Shown: positions 38,612 to 51,587 of the stretch, piece after piece
Layout: each line of letters begins with the position of its first letter
Position numbering within the stretch: position 1 is the stretch's first letter
Source: Octopus vulgaris
Taxonomy: Eukaryota
Length of the DNA stretch: 64,000 nt
Assembly (NCBI GenBank): GCA_951406725.2
Contig: OX597818.1
Coordinates: 57,102,001 to 57,166,000 of the forward strand
Direction of reading: 5' to 3'
Notes under the pieces: model-generated
Databases searched by the model: none
What the model was told of the DNA's origin: nothing
What the model saw: the letters and a program-made list of their open reading frames with translations, nothing else
Translations under genes and position numbers: made by a program

Positions 38612-38907
38612 CACATGATCACGTGACTGACCAGACCATCAGATGTTGTTACACATCGCTGGTCACAATGCGTTCGCATTGTTTTAGCCTTCAAATGACG
38701 CCACCCCGCTGACTAAGCGAGCAGGCCAACAGAAGAAAGAGTGGGAGAAACAGTGGTGAAAGACTACAGCAGGGATCACCACCACCTGCCGGAGCCTCGT
38801 GGAGCTTTTAGGTGTTTTCGCTCAATAAACACTCACAACGCCCGGTCTGGGAATTGAAACCGCAATTCTACGACCGCGAGTCCGCTGCCCTAACCACTGG
38901 GCCATTG
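38612..38907 (-). mobile_element. SINE family C with 'TCACGTGATCA' tail, flanked by (TA)n
   Basis: The same tail occurs at 15951-16067 and 40661-40965. Confidence 0.85.
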
Positions 38908-39398
38908 CTATATATATATATAGCAGCCCTTCTGCCGAAGAACACAGTTACAGGGATGTAAACAAACCACCACCGGTTCTCAAGAGGTGGATGGACAAAC
39001 ATGCATACATACATACAAATATATATGTATGTGCGTGTGCGTGTTTGTATTTTTCCATCCACCTGTTGAGAAAAGGTGTTGCTTTGTTTACGTTCCTGTA
39101 AATATATGCACACACACACACACACGCACGCACACATATATGTGTATGTATGTATGTGTGTGAGTATGTGTGTGTATCTACCTCTTGAGAACCGGTGTTG
39201 GTTCCTTTACGTCCCTGTAATTTAGTGCTTCGGCAGAAGAGGCTGGTAGAATAAATACCAGCCTCAGAGAGAAAAGTAAGTACTGAGGTTGATACGTTTG
39301 ACGAAAATCTTTCATGGCGATGCTCCAGTATGGTCGCAGTACAATGACTAAAGCAAATAAAAAAAGATATATCTACACAAATAATTCAGTATTACTAT

Positions 39399-39828
39399 AT
39401 TCTTTTCTACTCTAGGCACAGGGCCCGAAATTTTTGGGGAGAGGGGTCCAGTCGATTAGATCGACCCCAATACGCAACTAGTACTTAATTTATTGACCCC
39501 GAAAGAGTGAAAGGCAAAGTCGACCTAGGCGGAATTTGAACTCAGAACGTAAAGACAGACGAAATACCTCTAAGCAATTCGCCCAGCGTGCTAACGACTC
39601 TGCTAGCTCGCCACCTTAAAATATTCTTTTCTACTCTAGGCACAAGGCCCAAAATTTTTGGGGAGGGGGCCAGTCGATTAGATCGACCCCAATACGCAAC
39701 TAGTACTTTATTTATTGACCAGAAAGGATGAACGCCAAAGTCGATCTCGGCGGAATTTGAACGTAAAGACAGACGAAATACCTCTAAGCATTTCGCCCGG
39801 TGTGCTAACGTTTCAGCTTGCTCGCCGT
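39399..39828 (-). mobile_element. Two SINE family A copies with the alternative tail (...GGCCTTGTGCCTAGAGTAGAAAAG)
   Basis: A head and core with a different 3' region. Also seen at ~37475-37537 and 63745-63940. Confidence 0.8.
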
Positions 39829-40592
39829 CTTCAGTACTACTACATTGTAGCAGAATATTTGACAAAAGAGCAGAAACACTTTTATTTCTAAATCTCTGAA
39901 CGGGTATTTCGTCTGCCGCTACGTTCTGAGTTCAAATTCCGCCGAGGTCGACTTTGCCTTTCATCCTTACATCGATCCTAGTGCTTGACTGGTAATTAAT
40001 TTAGCGACTCAGAAAGGATGAAAGGCAAAGTCGATCTCGGTGGTATTTGAACAGAGAACGTAAGAGCGGACGAAATGCCGCTAAGCATTTTGTCTTGGGT
40101 GCTAACCATTCTACCAGCTCGCCGCCTATGTCTTTTAGCGACATTGAAATAAACATGCAAGCAACAGGGTGTTTGCATCACATGCAGACGAAATCATCTT
40201 TGTAATTGGTTAATAATTCTAGGTCCGCAAAAAGAAAAAAAAATCCAACAAAACAAAGAACAAATAAGAAATAAAAATAGCATTGTATTTTTAACTTTGT
40301 TATTATATTGAACAGTATGTCTAAAACGATTTTATGTCTAGATAAATTAAGTAGAAATTATAATTATATATAATAATATTATTCCATTTGAAAACTAATA
40401 ATGCAAAGCAATTATTGAGTAAAAATTCAGAAACAGGTAAAAATTCACAAGTTCGAAAAACGAAGAAAAATACAAATATTTCGTTTACTGTACTGTCAGA
40501 AGATACAAATGGCAATTAATAACCTAGAAGATTTTAAAATAACGGCAGGAACAATAAGATTAAAATGGAAAGCCATCTCTCTCTCTCTCTCA

Positions 40593-40660
<68 letters not shown>

Positions 40661-40965
40661 CATGTGATCACGTGATCGACCAGGCTATCAGATGTTGCTA
40701 CACATCACTGGTCACAATGCGCTTCGCATTATTTTAGCTTCCAAATGGCGCAACCCCACTGGCTGAGCGAGCAGGCCAACAGAAGAAAGAGTGAGATAAA
40801 ATTGTGGCGAAAGAGTACAGCAGGGATCGCCACCCTCTGCCGGAGCCTCGTGGAGGTTTTAGGTGTTTTCGTTCAATAAACACTCACAACGCCCGGTCTG
40901 GGAATCGAAACCGCGATCCTATGAGACTAGTCCGCTGCCCTAACCACTGGGCCATTGCTCCCCCT
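40661..40965 (-). mobile_element. SINE family C with 'TCACGTGATCA' tail
   Basis: Matches 38612-38907. Confidence 0.85.
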
Positions 40966-41109
40966 CCACACACACATACGACAGGTTTCTTTCAGTTTCA
41001 GTAAACCAACTCTATCCACAAAGCTTTGGTCGGCCCCGCAATGGGACTGAATCTGGAATCATGTGGTTAGAAAGTGAGTGTCTTACCACACAGCGACGCT
41101 GGCGCCTAA

Positions 41110-41244
41110 TCTGTATATATAAAACTGAAGTTGTCTGTGTGTGGCAGGTTTGGTAGCCTTCAACTAACACCGTCTCCTCCGAGACCCTGCGGCGCAAGTT
41201 GACTAAAATTAAGAGTATGATAGAAGAAGGTTTGCTCTTCCTTC
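41110..41244 (+). mobile_element. 5' fragment of the Helitron
   Basis: A|TCTGTATATATAAAACTGAAGTTGTCTG..., truncated against a SINE-B piece. Confidence 0.8.
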
Positions 41245-42169
41245 TTTTCAGTTTCCGTCTACCAAATCCACTCACAAGGCTTTGGTCGGCCCGAGGCTAT
41301 AGTTGAAGACACTTACCCAAGGTTCCACGCAGTGGGACTGAACCCGGAACCATGTGGTTTGTAAGCAAGCTACTTACCACACAGCCACTCCTGCGCCTAT
41401 AAAATATTTGAAAATATTTTGTTTATTGTTGTGTCTTAGGAATGAAAGGAGATGAACAGTATATTGACAGTGCAGAGTAAGTGAGAGATATCAATGAAAC
41501 ATCCGTGCAAAGGAAGAAGCGAAATACTAATTGAATGTGAGAGGAAAGTTAAAGGATATAAAAACAAATATTAATTGAAGTTCATAAAAGAAAGTGAAGA
41601 ATGGGAGCTGGAAAGCAAAGCGTAAATATTGATAAAGACAAAGTTTTTGATAGTGTAATGAAATATTAATGGAAATCCAATGATATCTTTTGAAAGCCAA
41701 AATACAGAAATTTATCAACGGCGGCATTTTGCCGGAAATGACGTTGGCTCCTTTGTGCACATGCGTTAATTAAATGAAGCGAGATAAATCGGTTTTGCTC
41801 CAAACCCTCTTTTTTTTCTACCTGGTTTTGTTTCTCTGCATGTATTGTATATCCACGGAGGATCAGAATGAATATGTATTTTTCTTTAAATTTCGAATAA
41901 CAGATATTTCAATGAATTTTGTTTCGATCGGATTATTCTCAAATTTTATTTAATAATAATAATAATTCTTTCTAATTTTAGCTCAAAGTTAAGGGATTCT
42001 GCGGGGGAGGGAGAAAGTCGGTTACATCGACTTCAGTATTTTGTCGACCCCGAAAATATAAAAGGCAAAGTTGACCTTAGTGGATTTGAGCTCAGAACGT
42101 AAAGAGCTGGAGGAAAAGCCGCTAAGGATTTCGTCCGATGCGTTAATGACTCTGCTTGTTTCCGCATTA

Positions 42170-42562
42170 TCTCTCTATATATAAAGCTGAAGTTGTCTGT
42201 GTATGGCAGGTTTGGTAGCCTTCAACTAACACTATCTCCTCCGAGACCCTGCGGCGCAAGTTGACCAAAATTGAGAGTATTATAGAAGAAGGCTTGCTCT
42301 TTCTTCCATAGAAGAAAAAATTCAAATCAGACCATGTTAACACCAAAAATTATTTACATCAAAAAGGTGCTTTTTTCCTATGAAAATCCCTATTTTTTAC
42401 GATTTATTTTACTGCTCTGTCACCATTTTTCGGTGTATTTCAACCAGAAAAATGTTCACTTAAAGAGAATAACAAGCTACATAATGCAAAATTTTTACTT
42501 TTCAGAAATTCCAATTCTAAAGGGTCGAAACAAACCCAAGCAACGCCGGGCTATACTGCTAG
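42170..42562 (+). mobile_element. Non-autonomous Helitron, full length
   Basis: A|TC...CCCAAGCAACGCCGGG...CTAG|T. Confidence 0.88.
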
Positions 42563-43650
42563 TTTAATTATAACGTTTTCTTTTATTGGTCACAAAGGCT
42601 CAAGTAACCGCTCTCTCAGATCATTAACTAAAAATATACATTTCCGCTTAAAAATACATCCATATTTGTAATAAGGTTTGAACCTGTAATCATAGTTTCC
42701 AATTCTTTGCGTATACAGCGCATATCTTTCTGCAGAATTCCACTGCTCCCCTACCTTTTATTTATCTGACCCCACCCTAAAAAAACAACAAAAACAGCAT
42801 GTGGCATCAAAGAAGTTCGTTTTGGCTCTCCATTTTCAGGGTGATTCCAAGCACAGAAAATACAACCTGTCTCGTCACAAGATCGTGTTGAACTACGTTG
42901 AAGTGTCAAGTATCTGACCAATGCGCATGTGCAAGAGACAGACTGACGTTAGCTACTTATTAGAGTGCTTGAAGTTTACTGTCGACAAAATCTGAACAGC
43001 TTTTTGGCCAACCCAATATGTATATATGCATCTGGTCAGCTATCAAAGGGGGTAACAATCCCTTCTAGATTTAATTAAAGCGGGACTAGGAGTTTGAATT
43101 TTAAATCAAAGAGTAAAGGTGTACAGCAACTAAACATTTAATATTTCTTTTTGCCTCAGGCGGCGAGCTTGTCGAATCGTTAGTTTGCCGGGAAAGATAT
43201 TTGGTGTCATTTCGTTCGTCTTTACGTTTTGAGCACAAATTCCGCCGAAATTGATCTTGCCTTTCCTCATAATATAAGTACCAGTTGATCACCGGGTCCT
43301 CCGCAATTGCTGGCCTTGTGCCAAAAACTTGAAATCAATATTTCTTACCGATTAAGGCGGCGATTTGCTAGAATCGTTATCACGCTAGGCGAAATGCTTA
43401 GCGGGATTTCGTCTGCCTTTACGTTCTGAGTTCAAATGCCGCCGGGGTTGACTTTGCCTTTCATCACTTAGGGGTAGATAAAATAAATACCAGTTGATCA
43501 CTGGGCTTGATATAATCTGCGAAATTGCTGGCTTTGTGCCCAAATTTGAAACTAATAAGTTTTTCTCATGCATCAGAAAATTTTCAAAATTTTCAACCGT
43601 ATCTGCCACCAATAGATTGCACGCAACACACGCACACCCACGCACACACT

Positions 43651-43693
<43 letters not shown>

Positions 43694-43696
43694 ACC

Positions 43697-44005
43697 TGGT
43701 ACTCCGTCGGTTACGAAGACAAGGGTGTTCCACTTGATACGATCGACGGAACAGTCTGGTCGTGAAATTAACGTGCAAGTGGCTGAGTACTCCACAGACA
43801 CTTAATGTTGTTCCCAGGAAAATTCAGCGCGACACAGAATGTGACAAGGCTGATGCTTTTGAAATACAGGTTCCACTAATTTTTGCCTGCTGAGTGGACT
43901 GGAGGAACGTTAAAATAAAGTGTCTTGCTCAAGGACACAACGGGTCGCCAGGAATTGAACTCACGACCTTACGATCGTGAGCCGAATACTCTAACCACTA
44001 AGCCA

Positions 44006-44010
<5 letters not shown>
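43697..44010 (-). mobile_element. SINE family C/D
   Basis: Matches 6087-6395. Confidence 0.8.
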
Positions 44011-44061
<51 letters not shown>

Positions 44062-44139
44062 TAAATATATATACTTATACATATACATATATATACATAT
44101 ATATATATATATATGTAGATATATTATATATATATAAGA

Positions 44140-44200
<61 letters not shown>

Positions 44201-44209
44201 TTCTTCCTT

Positions 44210-44361
44210 TTTTTGTTTCACTGCTTTTAGTCGAGCAAATCGACCCCAGGACTTATTCTTTGTAAGCCTACTACTTATTCTATCGGTCTCTCTTGCCGAA
44301 CCGCTAGGTGACGGGGACGTAAACACACCAGCATTGGTTGTCAAGCGATGTTGGGGGACAA

Positions 44362-44392
<31 letters not shown>

Positions 44393-44531
44393 TACGACTG
44401 ACTTCTTTCAGTTTTTCGTCTACCAAATCCACTCACAAGGCTTAGAAGACACTTGCCCAAGGTGCCACGCAGTAGGACTGAACACGGAACCATGTGGTTC
44501 GTAAGCAAGCTACTTACCACACAACCACTCC
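44210..44531 (-). mobile_element. SINE family B
   Basis: Reverse match with small deletions. Confidence 0.85.
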
Positions 44532-45247
44532 TTATACATATAATGAAAGAGAACATAACATATTCACGAATATTTTGATCTGTGGAAATCAATATTTGAA
44601 TTGTTTTGTTCAGAGGAACAATGTCTTTATAGTTTGGAAAATATTCTTTGACGGGTGTAACTTAATAGAGATTATATCTTTGCTTGGAGGAATTTTATAA
44701 GATAAATTACTTTTAATTTCAATAAGTAAATTGATGGTCCAAAGCTTTGCATAGAGTCAGCAACAACATTATACATACGCAAAAGTAAAAATGTGTTTTT
44801 AAAAAAATTAAAGAAATATTGTACATATATGATCAGTAATATTTCCAATAATAAAACAAAACAAAACAAAAAATGGTGGGAGGGGGTAGAAAGAAAAATA
44901 GAACGAGAAACAGGCGATGGTACCCATTAAGAGATTCTGATAAATTATATCGTAATATAATTTATCAAGCGTTTGTTTCGGTATTTTCTATAAAAAATTA
45001 ATTTTTCAATATATTTTAGAATTTATCCCTTCTTTCAAAGTAGAATCGTCCATCAAAGTAGACATTTTCACATTAAACACTGATTTATTTCATACACACT
45101 TACACACTCGTATGCATGTATGTACGTATGTATGTAGGCAGTAATAGTCAAAATATAACACACACTGACCAATAATAAGTTGCAGATGACTGAAATATAC
45201 CAGTAAAAATTTATATACTAATAGTCGATATAAATATTGGATGGTAA

Positions 45248-45661
45248 GGTGGCGAGCTGGCAGAATCGTTAGCACACTGGGCGAAATATCTTGCAGTATT
45301 TCGTCTGCCGTTACATTCTGAGTTCAAATTCCGCCGAGGTCGACTTTGCCTTTCATCCTTTCGGGGTCGATAAATTAAGTAGCAGTTACGCACTGGGGTC
45401 GATGTAATCGACTTAATCCCTTTGTCTGTCCTTGTTTGTCCTCTCTGTGATAGTCCCTAGTGGGTAGTAAAGAAATAGGTATTTCGTCTGCCGTTACGTT
45501 CTGAGTTCAAATTCCGCCGAGGTCGACTTTGCCTTTCATCCTTTCGGGGTCGATAAATTAAGTAGCAGTTACGCACTGGGGTCGATGTAATCGACTTAAT
45601 CCCTTTGTCTGCCCTTGTTTGTCCTCTCTGTGTTTAACTCCTTGTGGGTAGTAAAGAAATA
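45248..45661 (+). mobile_element. SINE family A, dimer
   Basis: 19-bp TSD GATATAAATATTGG(A/G)TGGT. Confidence 0.92.
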
Positions 45662-46009
45662 GATATAAATATTGGGTGGTTCGTTGGTTAGTCAATTCAC
45701 TAGTCACGCTTCACATCATAAGTTAAGAGGTTCGGAGAAAGTAAAGATGAGTTATAGGGAAGTTAACATAAGTGACGGACGAATGGAAAGAAAGAATTAC
45801 AAAGATGCCGAAGGAAGGAGTGAATGAGTAAATGACTGAGCAGTTACGAGATGAGTTGCACTTTTATTTAATTTTATCTTAAGCTATTATATACTTTTTT
45901 TTGAAAACTTGTATCCTTACGCTCTTTTGTTTAAGGACCGAAAACAGCTTAACAAAATTTAAATTATAATTGTTGTATGTATGCAATATTTCACATGGCA
46001 GCAAAAGAA

Positions 46010-46225
46010 CGATAGGGTGGTGAAAAGTTCCTGGCTTTGAGTAAAAGAAAATACAGGAGCATCAGTTAATTATGATTTTATTCAACATATTCCCCTCTCA
46101 GATTCACACACTTATTGCAGCGGTCCTTCAGTTTTTCTAAGTCCTGTAAAAGAACTTGAAGGTTGGGCCTCCAAACAGGCCTTTCACGATACCCTTAAAA
46201 CCAGGATCTTTTCAGTACCTCCTTG
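46010..46225. mobile_element. mariner-type MITE (~220 bp)
   Basis: Degenerate CGAGGGG..CTGAAAAGTTCCTGG TIRs. Homologous to 59526-59747. Confidence 0.8.
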
Positions 46226-46247
46226 TATAAATACACACACACACACA

Positions 46248-46469
46248 CAAGAGGGTGGGGAGCTGAAAAGCTCCTGGTTTTGGGTAAAAGATAATAGAGG
46301 ACGATGAGTTAATTATGATTTTATTCAATGCGGCCCCTCTCAGATTCACACACTTTTTGCAGCAGTCCTTCAGTTTTTCTAAGTCCTGCAAGAAAATCTC
46401 GGAGGGTTGGGCCTCCATGTAGGCCTTTCGCGATACTCTTAAAATCAGTAATTTTTCAGCCGCCCCTCG
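46248..46469. mobile_element. mariner-type MITE, second adjacent copy
   Basis: Ends TTTTCAGCCGCCCCTCG|TA. Confidence 0.8.
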
Positions 46470-47130
46470 TATACTTTCCTAAATTAGTTGATGGGTGACC
46501 CTCTAGTCCTATTTAATGGTGAACTTGAGCATTGTTTATATCACTACATACACTTTGCTAAAAGTTGGTTCCCGCAGGTGCTACAGATTGTTTATACATT
46601 TTCGAACAAATAATTTATTTCGATTAAATTTATAAGACTCAGTGTAATTTTGTTGATAGATATGTCTAATAATATATAAATATTTGATTTTTTTTCTATT
46701 TACATCTTCCTGTGCAAGAAACATATTTTTTCGACGTACATTAATCACTTAACTGAATTTAAAGAATTAATTGAGATATTACCAGACGAAAGCTTCGGCT
46801 TTCTTGAGTTGCTTTCTTTTTATTGTAAATGTTCCAGTGTTCTAAACAAATTAGGAAACGCGTGCGTTGCAGCTTCAAAAAAGGGAGAGCAAGTTATAGG
46901 GTGATGAACCGAATTGATGAGACAAAGAGAAAGAGGGTGGAGAAAGTGTGAGCGAGAGAGAAAGGACTTTGTGGGAGAATAACGAAAAATAAAAAAAAAA
47001 GGGTGAGGAAAGATTTAGAAGTGTAAAAGTGAAGTAGAGAGTAAAAGAAAGATATGGGCTGGAAATTTGTCTTGCATTTATCTCTTCCTTCCTTCCTCTT
47101 CACTACTTATTCTCTCTCTCTCTCTCTCTA

Positions 47131-47283
47131 TACATACATACATACATACATACATACATACATACATACATACATACATACATACATACATACATACATA
47201 CATACATACATACATACATACATACATACATACATACATACATACATACATACATACATACATACATACATACATACATACAT
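47131..47283. repeat. (TACA)n microsatellite
   Basis: Direct reading. Confidence 0.95.
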
Positions 47284-47543
47284 GTCGTGAAGAGTCTTAC
47301 AGTAGTAGAAAAGGAATTTTCAATTCCTATGTCTAAATTCTGAATGTGGTGAAACAATTAGCTGACCTCTAATTATAATTATAGAATATTTGTACGTACA
47401 TGCATATGTATACACAAGCATACATACATAATATATGCATAAACATACATACATATATATATATACATATACATATATACACATATACACACACACGCGC
47501 GCGCACATATACACATATATATATATATACATACACACACACA

Positions 47544-47596
<53 letters not shown>

Positions 47597-47748
47597 AAGG
47601 GTGAAAAGGAACACACGAGTTGATATATATATATATTTATAATTAAAATCACAATAAGGGTGAAAAAAATTGAATATTAATTAATAACATCAATTTAAAA
47701 CACCAAGTGGCCTAGCGTAAAAAAACTGTGATACAGCAAAAATTATTA

Positions 47749-47795
47749 ATACAAGTAATAAGAGAGAGACCACATGTGGTCACTCTCTTATTACT

Positions 47796-47800
<5 letters not shown>
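47749..47800. repeat. 52-bp spacerless palindrome ending a (TA)n-embedded insert
   Basis: ATACAAGTAATAAGAGAGAGACCACA|TGTGGTCACTCTCTTATTACTTGTAT, 1 mismatch. Confidence 0.9.
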
Positions 47801-47834
<34 letters not shown>

Positions 47835-47872
47835 TTACATACATGCATACAGAATGCATATATATAAATAGA

Positions 47873-48830
47873 TTCTCTGTGTGGTAAGCCAGTTGTAGTT
47901 CAGACTTCCGCCGCTAGAAACTACTTGATGCGACCCTCAGCCATCACTCTTCCGATGGGCGTCTTCGTGTGCAGTCGTAATGTCACGTGGTGCGTCGTTG
48001 TTTTGCAGTGCTTCTCTCCTGTTCATCGCTCTTTGCGCTGGCTGAAACGAAGGAACAACGCGCATCCGTGAAATTCTGTTTTCTATTGGGGAAAACGTTG
48101 GCCGAAACAGATGTTACGCTTCAAACAGCTCACAATGACTCTGCCACGAGCAAAACACAAGTTTGCGAGTGATTTTCAAGCATTAGGAATGGTCACTTGT
48201 TGTTTGAAGACCAACCTCATCAAGGGAGACTTTCAACCTCTCGAACGAACGACAACATCACGAAAATTCATGAACTGATGCTGGAGGACCGTCGCTGAGC
48301 AACTTGTTGAGATGACTGGAGTGTTCTGAAGTTCCTGTCAACGAATTTTGAGCGAGGAATTGCGAATGAAAAGAGTTTCAGCAAAATTTGTATCTCGTTT
48401 GCTCGCTAAAGATAAAAAAAAAAGCCAAGACTGAATGCGTGTCGGGAACTGGAAAACAGTTGGAAGTTGATCCGGACCTTTTTTTTCGAAGGTTTATCAC
48501 TGGTGTTGAAAGCTGGTGCTACGGTTACGACCCAGAAACGAAACAGCAATCAAGTCCTTATTCACCCCATCTTGTTTCCCCGAACGAAAAACGTCTTGAA
48601 AGGAAAACGTTTTGCAGATATGGAAGGAGTGATGAAAAAAAAAAAACGACAGAGGTGTTACAAGGCATCACTTCGCAAGAGTTCCAGCACTGCTTCGAAA
48701 AAGTGGAAAACGCGTCTGAACCGATGCAGTGCTTGAAATGGAGAATACTTTGAAGGCAATAAAAGTGTAAACATGTAAAGCTAAGTGAATAAAATAATAT
48801 TGCAAAACTCCGGCTTCTTTTGGGTACCCC

Positions 48831-48834
<4 letters not shown>
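47873..48834 (+). mobile_element. Second copy of the CGAGGG-type mariner, left TIR lost, internally deleted
   Basis: Peptides KEQRASVKFCFLLGK, ITGVESWCYGYDPETKQQS, PYSP and LKGKRFAD. Right TIR CTTTTGGGTACCCC. Confidence 0.88.
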
Positions 48835-48901
<67 letters not shown>

Positions 48902-49140
48902 GAGGGGCTCAGGCATTTTTGTGTGGTAAGAAATCTGCTTCCCAACCACGTGGTTCTGTGTTCAGTCCCACTGTGGGACATCTTGGACGAGTGTTTTCTA
49001 CTACAGCCCCAGGCCAACCAAGACTTATAAGATAGATAGAAACTCAAAGAAGCCCATCATATCTTCTTTTAACTTTTATTTAACGGCGGTGCATCAGCAT
49101 GGCCGCAGCTCAGCTGAAACTGGAGAGAAATATATATCTA

Positions 49141-49207
<67 letters not shown>

Positions 49208-49214
49208 ATATCTA

Positions 49215-49249
<35 letters not shown>

Positions 49250-50009
49250 ATACGTACAGAAATGCCAACACACGTACATATGTACACACACGCAATGTTT
49301 GTACAAAGAAATAAATCATTGAGTTTTTTTTAAATCTTAAATCATTGGAACATTCATTTAAGGCATACAACCCAAATGTCTGTTTACATATAATTTTCTC
49401 CGTCTGTGAGACGGGTACTATGATATTATGCTAGCTGATTCAAAATATACAGTAGAAACGTGTTACGTTGCATCTAAGAAATTCACAATGTTATGTCAAA
49501 AGCACTCTAGCATGTATAGATTAATGTCAGTCGATTAACGCTGATCACAGCTACGTGAAACAAAGGCGGAAAGCAATCATTGACAAATCATTATTTATAT
49601 CTAACAAAATCGGTTTAACTTCCTACAGATGTTCCAGTCATTATTTTTGGAATGTATTTATATTCTTACTTTAAGTAGTACAATTATATTCTGAAACACG
49701 TTCTAGCTAAATGGTAGGCTGTATTATACTTGGTCTCATTGACGGTCAAACTAGTGTTCAATTATTTTCGAAACTATTGGCGTGTTCAGTTGAGACAGAC
49801 GAAATAATTAGTCGCTAAGAAGCCAGCAGTACTTTCATATTTGGCTTGAAATTTACTTTCTATTTATTTGCTTAAATGGTTATTTGATATGGCTGTGTTG
49901 TTCAGAAACTGAGTTCTAGCATGACTATGTGATTATGGTATCTGGTGTGCAATCACGAAGTTCAGGGACCGATTCAGCTGTGTTGCATCTTGAACATATG
50001 TCGACTACT

Positions 50010-50395
50010 TTAACTTACTTACTTACTCGTACTTGTGGCGACATTCTCCCTGGGCGGGTTGAGTCGGCTTCTTCTACCACCCTCGAGGCATCTCGAACCA
50101 TGGCAGCCCACGCACCACGGTCCTGTGCCAGTTCCCTGGAGATAGCGAGCCAGTCACGGTTCCATCGGCGCAGGCCGATGTTGCCATTGTATTCGCCATT
50201 GAGAATTCATGGAAGAAGTTTCGTGGGAATATGTGGATTTCACAAGCGGTCCCCAACAATCCCGCATGTAGAGACATCCTGTTTGCCGCAGATTGTCCGC
50301 AGACACAGGGACAGAACGACCGCGGAGCCGCCGGTTGCCGAAACAGACACTCTGAGGATTTTCACCCGAGGTAACTGGCTCTAATACCACTCGGG
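50010..50395 (-). mobile_element. RTE-clade LINE derivative
   Basis: Minus strand encodes GLRRWNRDWLAISRELAQDRGAWAAMVRDA... followed by a (GTAA)n tail. The upstream part is GC-rich and not recognisably coding. Confidence 0.7.
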
Positions 50396-50415
50396 CATAT
50401 AGTTATAATATACAC

Positions 50416-50472
<57 letters not shown>

Positions 50473-51292
50473 CATTATTATGGCTGTCCCTCGTTATCGA
50501 GCGTGGCCATTGCACGAAGCTTAACTGTTACTGGTGCTGTGATCGAATGTGACTTTTGAAATATATATATATACATACATACATACATACTATCTTATTT
50601 ATATGTATGTATATGTATGTATATTTATATGTATATACTCGTATAAGATCTGTGGGGAATTTATGGTAAGAAGTCACATAAAACTCACCAACTTAGTTAA
50701 AAGAAACCGAACGAAAACAAAGATGGAGGGTCGTTAGACCAGAACGAGGGTAAAATAGCGAACGCTGGAGAAATATTTTCTTTGACAAGAGAAAAGATAG
50801 CAGAGTGAGATAGGATACGTCCAGTCCTTAGGACAGTCCTGAAAGAAAAGAAAGATGATCACGTAAGGAAAAGAACGATAGACGATGGTTACGTGTGAGC
50901 AATGAGACAGAGAGAAAGGGAGCAAGAGGGGAGAGACGGATAGAAAACGGTGAAGGGGAGAAAAAGAGAGAACACAATAGAGTAGAGTTGCCTCAAAAAG
51001 ATTAAGATAAACTATAAATATATGCATGTGTACTTAAATTGCTTAAGGAAAACTAACGAATTTCGCAAGTTACCATTTTGTTTCCCTCTTCATGTGTTGA
51101 GGATTGTCGAAAAGCATCAGCTTTTTAGTTTAAGTTGTTCAGATAAAATAAGCGGCATTCATGTTTGGGACAGCAAGTGCTGAATGTAATATCAGTTAAA
51201 CCGTAGAGAAGTGAAACAAGGGGAGTGAACTGTTACCGATCTTTAGAAGTTTAAAGTCCCTGTCGATTCCAACAGGATCTGAAATAGGAATG

Positions 51293-51587
51293 CTGTTGTT
51301 TGTTTCTTCTCAGGGCCATGCTTGGCTCATAAGGGCCGGTTTCCCGGTTTCATTGGCATATAGGTTCCCCTCCTAGACGGGACGTCGGTCCTCGCAGGTG
51401 AGCTGCTATATGCAGGAGGAAAGAGTGAGAGAAAGTTGTGGCGAAAGAGTCAACAGAAGTTCGCCATTACCTTCTGCCGGAGCCGTGTGGAACTTAGGTG
51501 TTTCGCTCATAAACACACATATCGCCCGATCTGAAATTCGAACCCGCGATCTCTCGACCGTGAGACACTAGGCCATGTTCCTCCACG
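51293..51587 (-). mobile_element. SINE family C with another tail type
   Basis: C head and body, then ...GAAACCGGGAAACCGGCCC...AACAACAGC. Confidence 0.75.
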
